The notes under the pieces are model-generated. The model worked only from the letters and a program-made list of their open reading frames with translations. It was not told the DNA's origin and made no database searches. Below are positions 57,897-64,000 of a DNA stretch of 64,000 nucleotides, in pieces. The stretch comes from Lingula anatina (Eukaryota; Animalia; Brachiopoda), in contig CM120642.1 in assembly GCA_051362555.1 (NCBI GenBank), positions 20,770,001-20,834,000 on the forward strand, written 5' to 3'. The position numbers and the translations under genes were made by a program. Within the stretch, counting starts at the first letter, position 1; each line of letters opens with the position of its first letter.

Positions 57897-60527
57897 ATGA
57901 TGTCGGACGACACAACTCATATCAGACTCACAGTGGAATTAATGCAGAAGAGAAAATTGCTCAAGAACGCTGAAAAAGTTACTATAGACGGCAGTTGCCT
58001 CAACCTCGCACAAGTAAATTATTTACCGTATGATTTCAGCAGTTTATTAAATACTATAAATAGCTTATAAAATGTAAATTGTATCAAAAAATGTCTTCGA
58101 ATGTCTGTAATGCTTAAAATCTTAAAAGCTTTTATTTTCCAAGTCGTAAGTGATACAAGTATATGTATTAGGATCAAATTACGAACACCCCTGTGTACAT
58201 TATATCTTTAAATATTTTATTGTTAAATAATCGCCATTTTGGATAATATGGAGAATTTTGTTACGGACAGGTGGTTGAATGCAGTAATAGCACAAACATA
58301 AAGTTGGAAATCTCTGAACAGGCCGTAGATGAAATGGCGTTGAACGCTAAATATCTTAAAAGGAAAATCACAGAGGAAAAGCTCGTCATATACGGTATAA
58401 ATACAGGGTTTGGAAACAGCGCTGATACCCGCACTCTGGAGTTAGAAAAGTTGCAGAAAGCTTTGATACAACACATCAATGCCGGGATGGGTCGAACCTT
58501 TCCTCCAGACATGGTGCGCGCAGTGATGGTCACAAGGGCCAATTGTCTCGCTAAGGCTTACTCAGGAGTACGACCAGACGTGGTACAGTTACTGGTAGCC
58601 ATGATTAATAACGATATCGTTCCTATCGTTCCTCTGCGTGGTTCTGTCAGCGCCAGTGGTGACTTGATGCCTTTGGGTTATATAGCAGCAGCCATGATCG
58701 GAAGAGAAGATATCAACGTAATGGTCAGAGGTCAAATCATGCCATGTCCTGTTGCTCTTAAAGAAGCCAATCTAGAACCATTGGTGATGGGACCAAAAGA
58801 AGGACTCGCCATTATCAATGCCACCTCCTTCGCTGCTGGTACCGCCGCTCAAACCATTTATGAAGCCAACATTGCTGTCCTTCTAACACAGATTTGCACA
58901 GGGCTGGCCGTAGAAGCACTACAAGGTAAAATGGAAAGTTTCCATCCAGTCCACCATGCTTGCCTTCAGCACGTCGGTTTGAAAGAAGTTTCCAACAACA
59001 TGTTAAAAATATTGGACGGAAGTCGACTCGCCGTTTCGACGTTAGAGATGCATCTACCTGATACGTACGGGTCTTTGAAACAAGACCGCTACAGCATAAG
59101 GACGGCCCCACAATGGCTAGGCCCGGTGATCGAGACTCTCAAAGAGGCCTGTCGACGAATAAACGTGGAACTGAATTGTGCCAATGACAACCCGGTCATC
59201 GACCACCGCACCGACACCATTGCTCATGGAGGCAATTTTCAAGGAGAAACGCTTTCAATAACATTAGATCAAACTCGCCAAGCACTGCAGGTCTGTGGGA
59301 AGCTTCTATTGGCACAATTGCAAGAAATCGTCAACCATCGCATTAACCACGACCTTCCGCCAAATCTCTGCGGATCAGACGTCAATCTCGATTTTGGTTT
59401 CAAAGGAGCTGATACTGCCATGGCATCGTACATGTCAGAGTTAGATCACCTGGCCAATCCAATGTCCAACCACGTGCTCTCTGCTGAATGCCAGAATCAA
59501 TCTGTCAACTCCATGGCTCTCGTCAGTTCTCGTCTTACTCGAGAAGCGCTGGAGATATTACAGATGATGCTAGCGAATCATTTGTGTTTACTGTGTCAGG
59601 CCTTGGACCTGAGATATCTGCGTAATGAGGTAAGCATTTACCACATACTGAACACGTGTTGTTTAAAAAACATTATTTCGCGAAAGATAGCATCCCAGTC
59701 GCGCTAGAAAAAAATACTGGAATGTATGGCAAGTTGTTTTTATCATCATATAAACAAACTGAAGTAAAAGAACGTGTTACATTTAAAATCGCTTCTCCAG
59801 TTACATAAATGTGAATTCATGTTCGATAACAAGATAGACACATCCAGAATATCAAAACAATCTAAATGAAAAAGAAAATCGGAACTATTCTGCATTGAAA
59901 GCGAATGTTATCTTTTTAGGTAATAAGTTCAATGCGCAAAATGGGGAAACGCCAAAAGGAATTCCTTGCCACGTTCCTTAAAGAAAACAAATGGTATGAT
60001 TTCCTGTTCCACCCAGAGGAATCTGCAGCTAAGTTTGCGGAGAAAATTCCTAAAAATGGTCACAAAGAAGAAGACATCCGAAATGAGATATGTGTCGCTA
60101 TGAAATCACTGATGTCTGATGCGTGTAATGGTCATTTAGGGACTGTTGATTGTCTAGGAACAGGTAGGCTGCTTTTATTTTATTTTATTTTGATAATTGA
60201 ACATTTTAAAATTAAGACCGTTATGAGGAATAATTATGGTTAAAGGAAGTCCTGACAAAAATCATAATTCAAAATTAAGTTGAAGTGCTTACTACTGCTT
60301 ACGACTTTAAATCTTTAAAGGATCAAATTATTAGTTATTTCAGCACACTTAAAATAGACTTTTTTCGTATAGGAACGAAGAAGGCGTACTGGTACATACG
60401 TCACACGGTGGGAGTGCCATTTTACCACGGCCAGGCAGCAATTGACACGTGGCTGGAGAAGATTTTATCAGCTGTTCAAAATGGAGACTTTGAAAACGTT
60501 TTATTATCTGCCTTTGAAGAGCCTTGA
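57897..60527 (+). CDS. MIO-dependent aromatic amino-acid ammonia-lyase, copy C (TAL/PTAL-type His switch; ~624 aa)
   Basis: Exons 57897-58013, 58271-59629, 59920-60163 and 60373-60527, with the same intron positions as A and B. LIQHINAG, ASG at 58652-58660, KGADTAMASY. Confidence 0.92.
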
Positions 60528-62284
60528 AAAGAACATTTATCTCTTTTTTGTTTGTATCACTGATTACTAATGCTACAGAATAAGCATGCATGATATCAAT
60601 CTGCGACGTTAGCCACTGGTTCTAGATGTACCCCCACGGGCAGTAAAATTTTGTTTAGGCCAGTAGAATTTTCAGAATGTGTACGTGAATGTGAGAATTA
60701 AGTTTTCAAAACATCGATTTAATTTCTTCTGAAATGTAATTTTTACATGATGATTCTTAATTCTTTAAAAAAATCAGTTGACAAAATTGAGGTCTTGTCA
60801 TGAATACTTCTTTTGAAAGACGTGTGCTTGATAAGAAGCTTGTAGATATGTTTCATATACTTATGTTTTACGTATTTTAATGTTACTTTATACGGATGAA
60901 ACACTTAGAAATGTTGATTGCTATATATCCTAAGAATTAATTAATGATTGATGTAATATATACCTTTGTAATGAAAAGGTTCTTTTTCAAGATAAAAAGA
61001 AAAGGTACATTTTGGACAGCAAATTTCATGTAATGCGCCTTCTCTTCAATGCATCACTTGATATAAGGAAAAAAAGGACTCAAACGTATTTGTATTACCA
61101 TGTTTGAAAGGCAGATAATGTAATCTTGTTAAAAAGAGAAGAATAGGCTATTTATGACTTTGGGATTCAGCACCTTTCTTTTTTTATCGAGTTTCATGAG
61201 CTGATGTGCTTTCAGCCGCCAGGATAATTGGTGTTTCTGATACAGAATGAATAAAACGTTTTTTTTATTCCTCGAAGTTCTGGTTAACTACTACAGTATT
61301 ATAGGTAGATCCAGGGTGGGCAGATTGGGCAAGTACCCCTCCCTTAGGTCCAGGAGTACCTCTACCCCCATCCACCCCCCAAAAAATAAAATAAATAAAT
61401 AAGAAAAAAAAATAGAGTGAGGCAATCTCCCCTCTGTGCGTCTTGCATATTATGGTAAACACTCGTATGCTGTTTAATATAAGATATACTATATTTTTAT
61501 GATTATTTAATTTTTCCCCCTGTCCCGCCTCAACTTTTAGCCAAATCTTAGATCGACCAGTGACTCCATTTGGTAGTAGCAGCCTTCACTCGTCCATTTA
61601 TTAGCAAATTAGACTCCTAAAAGAGAAACTTGAGGCATTAGATTTATACAGAGTTAATCATTAATGTATTATACACACGCGCGCGCGCACGCACACACAC
61701 ACATACATTTACATCAGTATAAAGGCAGTGAAGTTAGGATTATGGTAGTCGTAGGGACCACAAATAGAATGAAATATTGTACACTTGTATAAGGCACATT
61801 GACATCAAGCGTGATTCATTTGACACTGACAAAAGAACAGGTACAGTTCGCACTTGAAAAGCATTAAATAACTCAGATTAACATGTCAAATAAGTAATCA
61901 GAACTTATTGTAAAAATATGTGGACAGGAAATGCTGGATGGATCAGACCCCCCCCCCCCCCACCCCCAACCTGCTGAAATAGATAGATAGATAGATACAT
62001 GTAGATAGATAGATCAGGCATTCGCATAGGTGCATGATAATTTGCTTTGATGGGGAATTTTACCTAGCGCTAGTCTATAAAAAGAAGAATATCGATATCA
62101 TACAATAACAGTCCTTAGCCATAACGGACGCTTTAAAGGTTTTAAACAAAGACAACATTGAGCACTTAAGAGATACCCGGTTGTAGGAAAAGATGGTTTT
62201 CCACCCACTGCCATCAACACCATCACCACAAATTTTCATTTAATGTAGCCATTTTGCCGTCTTTTTCGTCCTCATAGAACTTTG

Positions 62285-62342
<58 letters not shown>
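62285..62342. repeat. (ATT)n microsatellite; similar (TAA)n tracts at 26945, 27987, 33692, 36351
   Basis: Direct reading of the sequence. Confidence 0.95.
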
Positions 62343-62854
62343 CTTGGGGAGGGACAAGTGGCGGGGATATATCACTCTTCCAATTTCCTGTCGGAAAGGA
62401 AATATCTATGATTTTCTCTGTCATAATTGGCGTCATCCAAGTTTTGTTTGCAGTTGAACAAATGACTGGCTATGACACTATGAAACAGCAAAACTTGAGC
62501 CTATCTAGCCTTTATACATATATCAAATTCAAAATAAATATCATTTATGTTTTTGCGTTGATTTTGTCGTTCCTTACACGGAGTTGGATCTACAATAATG
62601 TTGTGTTGTCCCCGAATCTATTAAATTCTACATGTACTGGGTACATGTACATGTCTTGAAACGCCGTTGCATTTTAAACAAGAGTTCATAATGAAATGAC
62701 AAACTGCTTAATCATATTTCCGTCTTTATCGGTTGTATACTTTTTATTTGTCTGTTATTTGAAATAAAGATAGCGAAATAAATAACAAAAGAAATTATGA
62801 ATATATGGTTCGCTCTGTAACCGCGTGGCTTTATTTACATTCCTTTGCACGAGT

Positions 62855-62910
62855 TGCTATAAATAGGTCGCGCGTGCGCATTGTCCCTAGACAGGCACAA
62901 AATGGCGGCA
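62855..62910 (+). promoter_or_regulatory. Ubinuclein promoter with YY1-like and NRF1-like motifs
   Basis: CAAAATGGCGGC at 62898-62909 and CGCGCGTGCGCA at 62869-62880, ~90 bp before the ATG. Confidence 0.5.
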
Positions 62911-62992
62911 GAATTGTACGAGAAATTAATATAGGAGATCCAATCATCTCAGTTTTCGGAAAAGATATGACTAGATTGCAAATGAAAGCACC

Positions 62993-63157
62993 ATGGCAGA
63001 AGCGAAGAGGATCCAGCTGACTGCTGTAGGCCCAGTTCAGTCGAAAAATAAGGAAAAGAAGGAAATCCCAACGCTTCGATTTAACTTGACCCTCACGAAA
63101 AGCACTTCAAAGACCTGCCCGGAGTTCTCATACACCGAACTTACTCGTAATATATTG
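62993..63157 (+). CDS. UBN1: Ubinuclein/yemanuclein first coding exon (gene continues beyond window)
   Basis: MAEAKRIQLT...LRFNLTL...KTCPEFSYTEL matches the ubinuclein N-terminus (MSEPHRVQFT..VRITLTL..RCPEFFYPEL). Donor TTG|GTAAGT at 63158. Confidence 0.85.
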
Positions 63158-64000
63158 GTAAGTTATAAAAACTGCATAATTTCGTCCATCAAGTCTCCTT
63201 CTACAGCCAGTATTTAATGAAAATCGTTTTGAAAACAAACTAAAGCAGTTTGTGGACTATGTTTGTAGGGGGTATCCCTCACGTGGGAAGGGGTGGGGGC
63301 CTTCAGAAATTGTGAATAAAAATGATCACATCCTTTGTCAGTCGTGCAAATGGCGGCTAGACGATAGTATGTGTGTACCCTTATGCTGTTAAATAGCCTG
63401 ACCGGGAGCGACGCCATTTTAGTATTTTTCCTTGCATATTTTCTAGGTGTCTGAATTCATCCGTGTTTTTATATGGAAAACTAGACCGTAAGCGGAGTTC
63501 ACTCCTGATAAAAACTATAGGGCATCACAAAAATCGAACATTAGTGGAATCTTATGATTTAGATCAGTGTTTGGTTGGTGGAAAGAAAGCACATATGTCA
63601 GAAGCTATCAATAATGCGACCGATTAATGAGCCGCCATGTTGCCTGTGGAGTTTACCTAGACAAGGGGTCGAAATTGCACAGCGCATTGCGCGTATATAT
63701 TTTTTTGCAAATATTGCTTTAATGTTGTTTTGTCGTGACAAGATTCTAATTCTGAGCATTTCTCACTGGATAACAAGGAAAACATTTTTCCGATGAAAAT
63801 TACTTTTCATGCAATATTATCACGGCTGTGTTTTTGGTTCACCGGCTTAGAGCAAAGACGATATCTAGAAAGACGTATATAGTGCTCAGACCGACTGTGG
63901 TAATTTTGTATGGATTTTCAGGAATACTTGTAAGTAATTCATAACATTTTGACTAGGAAATAAAAATACACAAATCTTTACAGGATAGCATTATGCTAAT

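Noticed and set aside
39983-60527. Annotation as ordinary histidine ammonia-lyase
   Set aside because: Lacks the HAL SH, GGNFH and QEDHVSM signatures and has PAL/TAL-type residues instead.
39983-60527. Fungal, algal or bacterial contamination
   Set aside because: Contiguous with ZCCHC10 and ubinuclein, and interleaved with MITE families also found near the host genes (5402 vs 43923/45867).
62282-62659. 125-aa poly-Ile ORF
   Set aside because: Derived from an (ATT)n microsatellite.

Overview
AT-rich animal genomic DNA with spliceosomal introns and many MITE, Tc1, Helentron and LINE remnants. It looks like a marine invertebrate, but the species cannot be determined from the sequence. Gene order: (1) a 3-exon orphan type-I membrane protein gene (-) sharing a short bidirectional promoter with ZCCHC10 (+); (2) a single-exon DZIP3-like HEPN-domain ORF (-); (3) three tandem paralogs of signal peptide + MIDAS-less VWA + mucin stalk (+TM), of which one is intact, one is a pseudogene and one has lost its TM anchor; (4) three intact intron-containing MIO-dependent aromatic amino-acid lyase genes; (5) the first coding exon of ubinuclein. 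The headline observation is that the lyases carry phenylalanine/tyrosine ammonia-lyase (plant/fungal-type) motifs rather than animal histidase motifs. The paralogs differ at the two known substrate-pocket positions (Leu/Ile in copy A, His/Thr in copies B and C) while the rest of the catalytic exon appears homogenised by gene conversion. This suggests an animal-encoded, sub-functionalised PAL + TAL entry into phenylpropanoid-like chemistry. All gene models were assembled by eye and family calls come from recalled motifs, not database searches.
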